This document shows, piece after piece, positions 38,593 to 48,252 of a DNA stretch of 64,000 bases. Below the pieces are notes generated by a model that ran no database searches, had not been told where the DNA came from, and was given only the letters and a program-made list of their open reading frames with translations. This DNA is from Candidatus Latescibacterota bacterium (GTDB taxonomy: Bacteria > Latescibacterota > UBA2968 > UBA8231). Position numbers and translations under genes: made by a program. Each line of letters opens with the position of its first letter. Within the stretch, counting starts at the first letter, position 1. The DNA is taken from NCBI GenBank assembly GCA_965217585.1, contig OZ244561.1:5504001-5568000 (forward strand), given 5' to 3'.

Positions 38593-39309
38593 ATGAAATA
38601 CCTCATATTGGCCGCATGTTGCTTTTTGGTAGCCTGTGGCAACTCCGATGATGACCAAGGCGAGGTGACCGTCCACTTCAACCACACCGTCGCCGGTGCC
38701 GATCTCAAGCACGAGGATATCCTCTACACCAACGCCGCCGGCAACGAATACGGCGTCACCCGCCTGGAGTACATCGTCTCGGATATAGCCTTAGAGACGG
38801 CCGGGGGCAAGCGCGTCGAACTGGCCGAGTTCCACTACCGCAACGCCTTTGTGGATGCGACCCGCAGCGTTTCGGCCAAGGTGCCCGGTGGCGAATATAC
38901 TGCCCTGCGCTTTACCTTTGGCATCGACGGAGCCAAAAACGAAACCGGCGCGCTGCCGAGCGTCGATCACTTCAACAACATGGCTTGGCCTGCTCCTATG
39001 GGCGGCGGCTACCACTACATGCGCATGGAGGGCCTCTTCCGCACGACCGACGGCGAAGGAGCCTTCCTCACGCACACCGGGCCGGCGGGCGGGGAAGACT
39101 TTTCGTTTGCCGTCTCCTTGCCGCTTTCCCTAACAGTCAGCGGAGACGAGTGGGCAATCGCCGTGGTCATGGACCTCAACGAGTGGTACGACGCGCCATC
39201 CCTGTACGATTTTAACGGCCGCGGCGGGATTATGGGCAACGCCGACGCGCAATTGACCTTGCAAGGCAACGGCGCTACGGTCTTTTCCCTAGGGCACATC
39301 GGGCATTGA
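38593..39309 (+). CDS. MbnP-family lipoprotein
   Basis: LVAC lipobox, YTNAAGN, LEYIVSDI, FTFGID, MAWPAPMGGGYHYMRMEG; upstream of a di-heme enzyme. Confidence 0.8.
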   Translation: MKYLILAACCFLVACGNSDDDQGEVTVHFNHTVAGADLKHEDILYTNAAGNEYGVTRLEYIVSDIALETAGGKRVELAEFHYRNAFVDATRSVSAKVPGGEYTALRFTFGIDGAKNETGALPSVDHFNNMAWPAPMGGGYHYMRMEGLFRTTDGEGAFLTHTGPAGGEDFSFAVSLPLSLTVSGDEWAIAVVMDLNEWYDAPSLYDFNGRGGIMGNADAQLTLQGNGATVFSLGHIGH

Positions 39310-39401
39310 CTACGACCGAGACAGCCAAAATCACGGGAAAGAGGAAGTCGAACAAGATCAAGCAGCACAAGACCACGACGAGCAATTAGGAGGATAGCCG
39401 C

Positions 39402-40409
39402 ATGGGGCTTTGGGCACTGATCCTGTTAGGGCTAATCGCCTGCGGCAAAGACGCGGGCGTACCCCCTACCCCTCCACCCGCCCCAACCCCCTACGAACTA
39501 GCCGTGCCGGAGGGATTTCCCGCGCCGACAATCCCGCCGGATAACCCCCTGACCGTCGAGGGCATCGCCCTGGGGAAGCGGCTCTTTGCCGACCCCATCC
39601 TCTCCGTCGATAGCACCATAGCCTGCGCCTCGTGCCACCTGCCCGCCCACGCCTTCTCCGATCCGCGGCCCTTTAGCCAAGGCGTCGGCGGCGTCACCAG
39701 CCGCAACTCCATGCCGCTTTTTAACGTGCTCTGGAGTTCGTCCTTTTTTTGGGATGGGCGCGCCGCCAGCCTCGAAGACCAAGCCCTCGAACCCGTGCAG
39801 ATGCCCGTAGAAATGGGCGCGGACTGGGGTCGCGTGGTGGCCAAACTGGAGCGGCACGCCGACTATCCCGCGCTCTTCACCCGCGCCTTTGGCGACGCAC
39901 CCATCGACCGGCGACGCGTCGTCCAAGCCATTGCCCAATTTGAGCGCACCCTCATTGCGGCGGACAGCAAATACGACCGCTGGCTGGCTGGCCAAGCGGC
40001 GTTTACCCCAGAAGAAGAACGGGGCTTCTTCCTCTTCCACACCGAAAAAGCCGACTGCTTCCACTGCCACGGTGCGCCGCTTTTCACCGACAACGAGTTC
40101 CACAACAATGGGCTGGACCTAGATCCCCCGGATGAGGGGCTGGGCGCGCTCACCGGAAAACGCCTCGACCGCGGCAAATTCAAGACGCCCACCCTGCGCA
40201 ACGTAGAGTACACCGCGCCTTACATGCACGATGGCCGCTTCCAAACCCTCGAAGAAGTCGTCGAGCACTACGCCTCCGGCTTTCACCGCACGATCCTCAC
40301 CGACCCGCTGTTGCTCGTCCGGCCCAACCTCGACCTCGATCCGGCCGACAAACGCGCCCTAGTGGCCTTTTTGAAAACCCTTTCCGACCCTCAATTACAG
40401 GCCCCGTGA
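39402..40409 (+). CDS. Di-heme cytochrome c peroxidase/MauG/MbnH-like protein
   Basis: CASCH and CFHCH heme motifs, FWDGRA, FKTPTLRNV..TAPYMHDG. Confidence 0.9.
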   Translation: MGLWALILLGLIACGKDAGVPPTPPPAPTPYELAVPEGFPAPTIPPDNPLTVEGIALGKRLFADPILSVDSTIACASCHLPAHAFSDPRPFSQGVGGVTSRNSMPLFNVLWSSSFFWDGRAASLEDQALEPVQMPVEMGADWGRVVAKLERHADYPALFTRAFGDAPIDRRRVVQAIAQFERTLIAADSKYDRWLAGQAAFTPEEERGFFLFHTEKADCFHCHGAPLFTDNEFHNNGLDLDPPDEGLGALTGKRLDRGKFKTPTLRNVEYTAPYMHDGRFQTLEEVVEHYASGFHRTILTDPLLLVRPNLDLDPADKRALVAFLKTLSDPQLQAP

Positions 40410-40449
40410 AGCGCTTATGTCTTTGTTTCTTCTATTAGTTACTTTTCTC

Positions 40450-40477
40450 TTGATTAAGCCTCAGAATTTCGTATAAT
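40450..40477 (+). promoter_or_regulatory. Sigma-70 promoter for IHF/HU gene
   Basis: TTGATT-N16-TATAAT. Confidence 0.5.
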
Positions 40478-40534
40478 ACAAGCACTTATGAACAAAATCA
40501 GAGCCGATTCAGCTCCTCATCTAGAGAGGTTTTA

Positions 40535-40876
40535 GTGGCCACGATAACCAAGAAGGACCTAGCGCGGTCGGTAGCTGAAACGCTCGGCTGCAAAAACAAC
40601 CTGACTTTGCAGATGGTCGATAGCCTCTTCGAGACCATGCGCGAAACGCTTATCGAGGGAAATCGCATTGAGATCAGGGGTTTTGGCGTCCTCGAAGTCA
40701 AAGACACCAAGCCCAAACCCGCGGCGCGCAACCCGCGCACCGGTGAGGTCGTGTACGTGCCCGCCCGCCGCAAGACCCACTTCAAGCCGGGCAAACAACT
40801 CAAAGAAGCCCTACACGACACCCACTCCGCCGCCGACCAAGCCGCGCCAGACCCCGGCGGCTCCTGGTCCCCCTGA
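40535..40876 (+). CDS. Integration host factor/HU family DNA-binding protein
   Basis: TKKDL, RIEIRGFG, ARNPRTGEVVYVPARRKTHFKPGK. Confidence 0.93.
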   Translation: MATITKKDLARSVAETLGCKNNLTLQMVDSLFETMRETLIEGNRIEIRGFGVLEVKDTKPKPAARNPRTGEVVYVPARRKTHFKPGKQLKEALHDTHSAADQAAPDPGGSWSP

Positions 40877-40881
40877 TATCG

Positions 40882-41988
40882 TTGGAAATTCGTCCCGAAA
40901 AATTAAAAGCCGGCTCTTTGCGAGTCGGCTTTTCTCGTATCTGCGTTGGCCTTGCGCTGCTAATGGCTTCCGGCGTCCACGCCGAGCAACGCCTGCACAT
41001 CGGTGCCGATCCGCGCCTCGAATTGCTCACCGCGGTCCAACTCCTCAGCCAGTATCGCTATCTTACGCCCTATCGGCTGGATTACGCGCGCGACCTCATC
41101 ACCCACTTCTCGCGCTATCCCCCCCAGCAGGCCGTCGCCCTCTTTCGCAGCCTGAGCTTGGACACTGGGTGGTCCGATGCCTACCCAACCGCCATGCTCT
41201 ACCTGTCCGACCCACCCATACTAGAACCAACCCAACCCATTCCCCCCCACATCTTTCGCGCCTTCCGCGGCGAGGAAAACTTTACGCGCTTCGTCCACGC
41301 CTTGCGCAATTTTGCTCGCCAGACCCAATTCAACCACTTTTTTACCCGCAGCCAAAAGCTCTATAGCCTCCTCAGGGCCCGCCTCCTCGAGGAACTGGCC
41401 GGTGCCGATCCCACCGGCGAAGTCGAGGCCTATTTCGGCACCCGCCAACTCAGTTACCACCTCGTCCTCAGCCCGCTTTTGCACCACGGCGGGTTTGGCC
41501 CGCACATCGGCCGCCATGGGGGGCCATACGATGTCTATACGCTGCTCGGCCCCACGGATGCCACGCGTGGCCTACCCGAATACGGCCCCCGCGATCAGCT
41601 TTTGCAGATTATATGGCACGAATTCAGCCACGCCTTCGTCAATCCCCTCAGCGAGGAGTACTATCCAATGCTGAGGCCCCATGCCGATCTATTCACCCCG
41701 CTGGCCGAACAGATGGCCGGTATCGGCTATACCCACTGGCTCGACTGCGCCAACGAACACCTCATCCGCGCCGTCACCGCGCGCCTTGCCCACCATCACC
41801 TCGGCGCGGAAGCGGGTCGCCGTGCACTGCGCGAAGAATCCGCGCGCGGCTTCCGCTATATCCACGCCATAGCACGCCGCCTCGAAGAATACGAATCCCA
41901 GCGCGACCGCTACCCGACCTTCGCCGCCTTCTTCCCCCGCTTAATCGCCGTCTTTGCCGAGCTTACTCCCGAGGCTTTAGCGCACTAG
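40882..41988 (+). CDS. DUF4932-like secreted protein with HExxH motif
   Basis: DPRLELL, WHEFSHAFVNP, NEHLIRAV; start uncertain. Confidence 0.7.
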   Translation: MEIRPEKLKAGSLRVGFSRICVGLALLMASGVHAEQRLHIGADPRLELLTAVQLLSQYRYLTPYRLDYARDLITHFSRYPPQQAVALFRSLSLDTGWSDAYPTAMLYLSDPPILEPTQPIPPHIFRAFRGEENFTRFVHALRNFARQTQFNHFFTRSQKLYSLLRARLLEELAGADPTGEVEAYFGTRQLSYHLVLSPLLHHGGFGPHIGRHGGPYDVYTLLGPTDATRGLPEYGPRDQLLQIIWHEFSHAFVNPLSEEYYPMLRPHADLFTPLAEQMAGIGYTHWLDCANEHLIRAVTARLAHHHLGAEAGRRALREESARGFRYIHAIARRLEEYESQRDRYPTFAAFFPRLIAVFAELTPEALAH

Positions 41989-43308
41989 CCGCCGGAACAG
42001 ATCCTCCTGAGGCGGTACTTCGAGCAGTTCGTCCAAGGTTCCGCGCTCCAGGCCCTCGGCAATAACGGCAAAACTCTCCCGCACCACGGCCGCAGTCTGT
42101 TCGACCTCGGCCTCACCGTGGGCGCAATTGAACATAAACCCAGCCGCCAAGATCACGCCGCGGCGGGCGTTCTCCTGGATGAACAGCGTGTGGACCTTGG
42201 CAGCCGTCACGGCATCCTCCGCGCCCAAGCGGATGCGGGGATGCGCAGCCACCCCCTCGCAGCTAGCGTCGAGCCCAGCGGCCGCCGCTGCCGCGTCGAT
42301 CTGCTCCTTAAAGAAGGTGCCGATGCGCTGAAAGTGACCCACGGCGTCGCGGCGCTCCAACTCGCGCAAGGTCGCCAGCGAGGCCGCCACGCCGATGTTG
42401 TCGTCCCAATAGGCGCTGGAGATAAACATCTGCGCAGCCGGTGCCATAAACTCCCGCTTGCCGACCACTGCGCCCATTGGATAGCCGTTGGAGATGGCCT
42501 TGGCAAAAACGGACATATCCGGCGTCACACCCGTGTATTCCTGGGCGCTGCCCAAGGCTACGCGGAACCCCGACGACACCTCGTCGAAGATGAGCACCAC
42601 CCCGTAGCGCGACGCCAACTCCCGCACGTTTTCCAAGTAGCCCGGCGGCGGCTCTTCGGAGCGCATCGGCTCCATGATGATGCAGGCCAACTCGCCGGCG
42701 TGCTCTTCGAGCAGGGCGGTGAGTTCATCGACATCGCCATAGGTAAAGGGCAGGGCCGTGCCCTCCAGACAGCGGGGCACGCCAATCGGCTCAATGCCAT
42801 TAAAGAGATGAGAGGCCAGCCGCTCGGCCCCGATATTGGCGGCCTGGTACCAGTCGTGCCAGCCGTGGTAGCCGCAAAACAGCACCTTGTCGCGGCCGGT
42901 GACCCCGCGCGCGATCCGCACCGCAATGGTGCAGGCCTCGCCCCCGCCCTTGCAGTAGCGCACCATTTCCGCCGAGGGCACGATCCTCACTAGCTCCTCG
43001 GCCAGCTCCACGGCCGACTCCTGGACGATGCTGTAGAGCGTCCCTCGGTCAATCTGGGCGCGGACCGCGGCATCGACGACCTCGTCGGCATAGCCCAAGA
43101 TCACCGGCCCCACGGCACTGGTCCAATCGATGTATTCGTTGCCATCCACATCCCAGATGCGACAGCCTTTAGCGCGCTCGGCGTAGATGGGGCTGACACC
43201 GAGCGCGGCCCGGGCGGGCCGCCGGCTGATGAGCTGGGTGGTGCCGGGGATGAGCGCTTTGGCGCGCTCGTAGATTTGCAATGAGCGGCGCACCGAGTGT
43301 TCTCGCAT
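41977..43308 (-). CDS. Class III aminotransferase (glutamate-1-semialdehyde aminomutase-like)
   Basis: DVDGNEYID, GYHGWHD, LIFDEVSSGFR, FAKAISNGYPMGA. Confidence 0.9.
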   Translation of the reverse strand: MREHSVRRSLQIYERAKALIPGTTQLISRRPARAALGVSPIYAERAKGCRIWDVDGNEYIDWTSAVGPVILGYADEVVDAAVRAQIDRGTLYSIVQESAVELAEELVRIVPSAEMVRYCKGGGEACTIAVRIARGVTGRDKVLFCGYHGWHDWYQAANIGAERLASHLFNGIEPIGVPRCLEGTALPFTYGDVDELTALLEEHAGELACIIMEPMRSEEPPPGYLENVRELASRYGVVLIFDEVSSGFRVALGSAQEYTGVTPDMSVFAKAISNGYPMGAVVGKREFMAPAAQMFISSAYWDDNIGVAASLATLRELERRDAVGHFQRIGTFFKEQIDAAAAAAGLDASCEGVAAHPRIRLGAEDAVTAAKVHTLFIQENARRGVILAAGFMFNCAHGEAEVEQTAAVVRESFAVIAEGLERGTLDELLEVPPQEDLFRRLVR

Positions 43309-43322
43309 GACACAGGCTCCTT

Positions 43323-45182
43323 CTACCGCCCGCTGCGGAGCGGATTCTCGCGTGAAAAAGGCGTTTGGGGCGCGTTGGCAACACAAAGCCAAGAGCAATA
43401 CGGCGAGCCGCCCTCCCCGGCACTGGCAAAGTCGCACAAGCGTAGCTTGCTGCCGTCTGCGGCGACGACATCCAGTGCCACCATAGCCTCGGCCTCCACC
43501 AAATTCCCCCGCAAGCCCACCGCGTCGAGTGCCGGCACCTCATCCGGGTCCACGGCGTTGAGCCGGCGGTCGTAGGTCAAAAGCACCGGTCCCCTAAAAA
43601 TTGAGACCTTATCGCGGCACTCATTTTCGCCCTGCCAGTAGTGCATGGACATGTCCAGTTCGATGTCAATGGTATCGCCGGGCTGCCAGCACCTAGCCAG
43701 CGTTAGGTACGCCCCGGCCCGTACCTTGCTTACGGCCGCGCCGTTTATTCGCACCTTAGTCCGCTGCGACCAGTAAGGCACCCGCAATTTGAGCGCAAAC
43801 TCCGCCGCCCGAGAGGGATCGATGCGGATGCCCACGCGCCCGCTGCGGGGATACTCCGTCTCCTGGGTTAGTGCCACTGTCAGGCCGCGCCGCAGCCCCA
43901 CCCGCATCTGGCTCGGGCCGTACCAATTGAGCACCAGCCCCTCCTCGTCGCGCATCAGCGCCCAGTCCGAGACCATCCCCAACCCGCGCGGCCCGTTGAC
44001 GCTGCAACAGTTCAGCTCCGGGCTACCTTCGCGCGCTTGGAAGACGATGTCGTGAGCACTGGCCTTGCGCACCCCGTCCATCGGGGTGTTGTACGTAACC
44101 CAGCGACCACTCGCCGAATGCAGCCCGAGAATGGAATTGAGGGTCGATAGCTCAATCTCGTCGGCCACAAGCGAATTGCCGGTCAGCTTGAGCATCTCCA
44201 CGCTCGCGGCCACCCAAGCAATGGTGCAACAGGTCTCGATAGCGCCCTGATGGTAGGGGTTGCCTTGGGCGGCCTCGCCCGAAGAAAAGCCGCCGTTGTT
44301 GTGCCGGTCGAGTTCGACAATGCTCCACCAGATCTGCTCGAAAGCCCGGCGGTAGCGTTCCTCGCCGGTGATCCAGTACAACTCGGCCAAGGCCATGATC
44401 GGATGTAGGCTTTCCCAGCGCGGCTTGGGCGTTTGGAAGAAGGGATGACCGGCCAAGGCTTGGTTGAGGTAGTCGCCGGCGAGCGGCTGCTCGTCTGCGT
44501 CCAATGCGGCGAACTCATCGACCCATTGCAAGGCCAATTCCAGATAGTGCTCTTTGCCGGTCTGGCGATGGAGGATGCACAGGACGTGGACCGGGGCCAT
44601 GTTCATCTCCGTGCTGCCGGTATCGACCAGCCGCTGGCGCGGCTTGCCCATAAACTTCCGGCACAACAGCTCGGCCATGGACTCGACGCAGCGCAATACC
44701 TGTGCGTCGCGGCTATCCTCGTGCCAGAGCAACAAGCCCAGCATGGCGTGATAATGCCCCCAAGCATCCCACGTGGAACCGCGCTTGTTCATGACGTTGG
44801 GCGCGTACCCAGTCAGGCAGTGGCGGTGCGGCCAGGGGCCGAGATAGCCGTTTGCGTCTTGGTGCGCGATGAGCTTGGCGACGAAAGCCTGGAGATGTCT
44901 TTTCAGCGCTGGGTCGCCGGTCAGCCGCAGGATTTGCACCGCACTCGTCAGGTATTTGCCGGCAAATTCTCCGGCCCAAGGCACTTGGTCGCGGTAGGGC
45001 TTGCGGTCGCGGTCGGCAAACATGTCCAAGATCGCCGGATTGGCCGCGGGCGCGATGAGTAGCCACTGCTCGGTGACGGCGCGCAAATAGGCCGCAAAGG
45101 GACCGTCAAAGGCATAGCGGGTGCGGGATAAGCGGGTCAGTGCTGGTTGCACCGCCTGATGGCGGCCAGAGAAACCTTGCAT
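43323..45182 (-). CDS. Glycoside hydrolase family 127 (beta-L-arabinofuranosidase-like)
   Basis: ETCC and NCC..NGPRG metal/catalytic motifs, TQETEYP, LRVPYW, RGPVLL. Confidence 0.88.
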   Translation of the reverse strand: MQGFSGRHQAVQPALTRLSRTRYAFDGPFAAYLRAVTEQWLLIAPAANPAILDMFADRDRKPYRDQVPWAGEFAGKYLTSAVQILRLTGDPALKRHLQAFVAKLIAHQDANGYLGPWPHRHCLTGYAPNVMNKRGSTWDAWGHYHAMLGLLLWHEDSRDAQVLRCVESMAELLCRKFMGKPRQRLVDTGSTEMNMAPVHVLCILHRQTGKEHYLELALQWVDEFAALDADEQPLAGDYLNQALAGHPFFQTPKPRWESLHPIMALAELYWITGEERYRRAFEQIWWSIVELDRHNNGGFSSGEAAQGNPYHQGAIETCCTIAWVAASVEMLKLTGNSLVADEIELSTLNSILGLHSASGRWVTYNTPMDGVRKASAHDIVFQAREGSPELNCCSVNGPRGLGMVSDWALMRDEEGLVLNWYGPSQMRVGLRRGLTVALTQETEYPRSGRVGIRIDPSRAAEFALKLRVPYWSQRTKVRINGAAVSKVRAGAYLTLARCWQPGDTIDIELDMSMHYWQGENECRDKVSIFRGPVLLTYDRRLNAVDPDEVPALDAVGLRGNLVEAEAMVALDVVAADGSKLRLCDFASAGEGGSPYCSWLCVANAPQTPFSRENPLRSGR

Positions 45183-45337
45183 GGCGTCTCCTCCGAAGGT
45201 GCGGCTGTGTTGCGCTTTGGACTATCTCGCCGCTGTAAGGGGGCATTTCTTGCCGGTAGCGGTGTTATATAATTTGACAGCCCGTTTAAGCTCCTCTTGT
45301 TTGCCTAACCAACCTCATCCCTAACTGGAGCTTCATC

Positions 45338-45940
45338 ATGCAACGCGCCTTGCCTCTTCTCGCCCTCTTGCTCGCTCTGCCGCTGGCTACCCACGCCTTT
45401 GATGAAAGACGCGAGGGCTTTCTGTTCGGTTTTAGCCTCGGGCCGGGCTATCAGTTCATCGAGCAGGAGTGGCTCATCGCCGGTGAGCCATCTCGGCGCG
45501 AAGACCGCGATTCAATATTCGGGGCCACTCTCCGACTCGGCTACGGCCTGACCGACCACCTCGTCCTAGGCTGGGTCTTGGACTTGGGCAGCGACACCGA
45601 CGACGACGAGATCAAGCTCCTCGGCACGGAAATCGAAAGGGGCAGCACCAGCTTTGAGATCAACGGCTTTAGCGCGACCTATTTCTTCAAAAAACGCGCC
45701 CCGTCGCCCTTCGTCGAGGCCGTCATCGGCACCGCGCGCTGGAACGACGGGGGCAACAACGTCCTCGACGGCCTTGGGCTGGCCGGCAGCATAGGCTACG
45801 AGATGCGCAAGCACTGGACGGTCCAAGGCACCCTCGGCTGGGGCACGCCAAACGCCGAGGCCACAATCGACGACCAAGCGGTCACAGCCGATGTCACGGG
45901 CTTGGCCATCGCCTTCAACGTCAGCTATCTCTGGTACTGA
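45338..45940 (+). CDS. Small outer-membrane beta-barrel protein
   Basis: Signal peptide THA-F; alternating beta strands; aromatic C-terminus YLWY. Confidence 0.75.
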   Translation: MQRALPLLALLLALPLATHAFDERREGFLFGFSLGPGYQFIEQEWLIAGEPSRREDRDSIFGATLRLGYGLTDHLVLGWVLDLGSDTDDDEIKLLGTEIERGSTSFEINGFSATYFFKKRAPSPFVEAVIGTARWNDGGNNVLDGLGLAGSIGYEMRKHWTVQGTLGWGTPNAEATIDDQAVTADVTGLAIAFNVSYLWY

Positions 45941-45946
45941 ACCGGC

Positions 45947-46939
45947 TCACTCCTGCTCTTCCATCTGGTCGTAGAACTGGACGATCTTGCCCCGGTCTTC
46001 AGAGGCGTTGAAAGCCATGCCGGACCGCGGGTGCTGGTTGAGCAGGCCGGTGATCATGTAGGGATAGTCGTAGCCCCACATCAGCTTGGAGCGCAGCGAC
46101 TCAACGTGCTGCTCAATGCACTTGAGCACTGGGCGCAAGCGAAATTTCGGATTGTGTAAAAAGCCCAACAAAAGCTCCATCTGGCAATTGCCCGCGCCGC
46201 GACCCAAGCCGGCAAAACTCGCGTCCACGCAATTGGCCCCCAGTATCGCGGCTTCGATGGTATTGGCAAAGGCCAGTTGCCGATTGTTATGGGCGTGGAT
46301 CCCGACCTCGATCGGGGTACCCTCGAAGTATTCGAGAAACATGTTGCACAGCGCGCGGATTTGCTCGCTATAGAGCGAGCCAAAGCTATCGACCACGTAA
46401 ACAGCCCCCACGTCTGAGTGCACCAGCATCTCCAGCGCGCTCTTGACCTCGGATTCCGGCACGGTGGAAACGGCCATTAAATTTAGGGTCGTCTCATAAC
46501 CCTTGTCGCGGGCGTCCTTAATCATGTCCAAAGCCAGCGACATCTGGTGGATATAGGTGGCCACGCGGATCATGTCCAACACGCTTTCAGACGCCGGCAG
46601 TATGTCCGTCTTGTAATCGCTTTTCTCGGCATCGGCCATGGCCGCCAACTTCAGCGAGGTATTGTTGTCGCCGACGATGCGGCGGATGTCCTCCTCGCGG
46701 CAGTGCTTCCACGGCCCAAACTCGCCGGGCGGAAACTGCTCCCGCGAGTTGATATAGCCGATCTCCATGTAGTCGATCCCACTCTCGATGCAGGCCTCGT
46801 ACACGCCTTTGACCACCTCGTCGTCGAACCCATGGTCGTTCATCAGGCCGCCATCGCGGATCGTGACATCGACGACCTTGATTTCCTCCCGGTACCCGAG
46901 CCAATTATCGGCCCAAGTCGCGCGGTTTTCCTCGCTCAT
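45947..46939 (-). CDS. HMGL-like (DRE-TIM) aldolase, 4-hydroxy-2-oxovalerate aldolase-like
   Basis: DVTIRDGG, DSFGS, GIHAHNN, GLGRGAGN. Confidence 0.85.
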   Translation of the reverse strand: MSEENRATWADNWLGYREEIKVVDVTIRDGGLMNDHGFDDEVVKGVYEACIESGIDYMEIGYINSREQFPPGEFGPWKHCREEDIRRIVGDNNTSLKLAAMADAEKSDYKTDILPASESVLDMIRVATYIHQMSLALDMIKDARDKGYETTLNLMAVSTVPESEVKSALEMLVHSDVGAVYVVDSFGSLYSEQIRALCNMFLEYFEGTPIEVGIHAHNNRQLAFANTIEAAILGANCVDASFAGLGRGAGNCQMELLLGFLHNPKFRLRPVLKCIEQHVESLRSKLMWGYDYPYMITGLLNQHPRSGMAFNASEDRGKIVQFYDQMEEQE

Positions 46940-47046
46940 TGCTCTCTCCTGTTTATGTATGTAACTCAAGTATTGTCGAAAGGATATATACTGCGGCACA
47001 ACCGGCGAAAGGTCAAACCGGCCACACCATGTCGCAGCCGATGGCT

Positions 47047-48123
47047 CTAGGCTTTCTCTACAATTATTGCGCTTAGCTTGTCCGCGTCGATCTCCACGCC
47101 CAAACCCGGCCCTTCAAACGGATACAAGTAGCTGCCCTCGGCCCGCACCCTTTCCGCGGCCGGCGACGCCGTGTACAGCACCGGCCCCATTGGGTCGCAA
47201 GGCAAGTTGGTGTTGGGCATGGCAATGCCAAGGCTGACCTGCGCCGAAACCCCCAGCGTCGATTCTTGGTCGGTGCCGATCAGGCAGCGGAATCCGGCCG
47301 CCTCCGCTAGGGCGAAAAGCCGGCGGATATGGGTCGGGCCGCCGCAGACGCAGGCGACGTTAAAGGCCGTGCAGGCCCTTCTTTCAATGGCTTCCATGCC
47401 CAGCTCTAGGCTGTTGATGTGCCAGCTCACCGGCAAGTCAACGCGCCGCACAAATTCGGCCGAGATGCGCAGACTGCGCGTGGGCTGCTCAAAGTGATAG
47501 GGCGCGTGATGGCGCAGGACATCGGCGTAGCGGACGGCTGTTTCCCAATCGGTGAAGCGCCCGGAAAAGTCGATGGACTTGAGCTTGAGCCGGTCGTCGA
47601 AGCGGCGTTTGGCTTCGCCTAAGAAGCGGTCGTCGAGCGCGCTATCGCCCGACACGTAGTAGCGGAACAGATGATGGCCCAAGTCGAGCAGCCGCTGGAG
47701 ATAGCCCAGCGTGCGCTCGAAGTCCTCTTTTACCTGCCAGCCAAAGATCGGATAGCAGCAATAGAGCCGGTCCCGCATCTTGCCGCCCAAAAGCCGATAG
47801 GCCGGCACTCCTTGGGCCTTGCCGTTGAGATCGTAGAGCGCCAGGTCAATCGCCGAGGCGAGGTGGAGGTCGGTTACTGAGCTGTGGAAGGTGTGGCCGC
47901 GCAACAGCTCGTTGATCTCGGTAATGGCCCCGGCGTCCCGCCCCACCAGCAGCTCGTTGTACTGCCGGGCAATGGCCGGCAAATCCTCGGCGCGACTGTC
48001 GGACGCCTCGCCCCAGCCCTCTGGGCCGTCATCGACAAAGACCTTGACCAACACGTGCCCGGAGATGTGGCCGTAGTAGCGCGGGGTCTCTATCTGAATG
48101 GTTTCTACTTTGGTGATTTTCAC
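47047..48123 (-). CDS. Mandelate racemase/muconate lactonizing enzyme family protein
   Basis: MKITKVE, GWGE, AIDLALYDLNGK..GVPAYRLLGG, PGLGVEID. Confidence 0.85.
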   Translation of the reverse strand: MKITKVETIQIETPRYYGHISGHVLVKVFVDDGPEGWGEASDSRAEDLPAIARQYNELLVGRDAGAITEINELLRGHTFHSSVTDLHLASAIDLALYDLNGKAQGVPAYRLLGGKMRDRLYCCYPIFGWQVKEDFERTLGYLQRLLDLGHHLFRYYVSGDSALDDRFLGEAKRRFDDRLKLKSIDFSGRFTDWETAVRYADVLRHHAPYHFEQPTRSLRISAEFVRRVDLPVSWHINSLELGMEAIERRACTAFNVACVCGGPTHIRRLFALAEAAGFRCLIGTDQESTLGVSAQVSLGIAMPNTNLPCDPMGPVLYTASPAAERVRAEGSYLYPFEGPGLGVEIDADKLSAIIVEKA

Positions 48124-48125
48124 GA

Positions 48126-48230
48126 CTAGCTCCTTTGCAAGCGGCCCAACGCCGCGAGTAGGTGGTCGATTGTGGCCTCAAGTAAGAAAAAGGCGATGCT
48201 GACGCGCAAGCCCTAGCGCCCGTGTGGCAG
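48126..48230 (-). repeat. Displaced copy C of aminotransferase (51731..52900) 3' end
   Basis: ctagctcctttgc...gtcgattgtggcctcaagtaagaaaaaggcgatgctgacgcgcaagccctagcgcccgtgtggcag aligns with 51731-51841; supplies the AGGAG RBS of the 48123 GTG. Confidence 0.88.
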
Positions 48231-48252
48231 GAATTTGTGAGCAGAGGCACCA

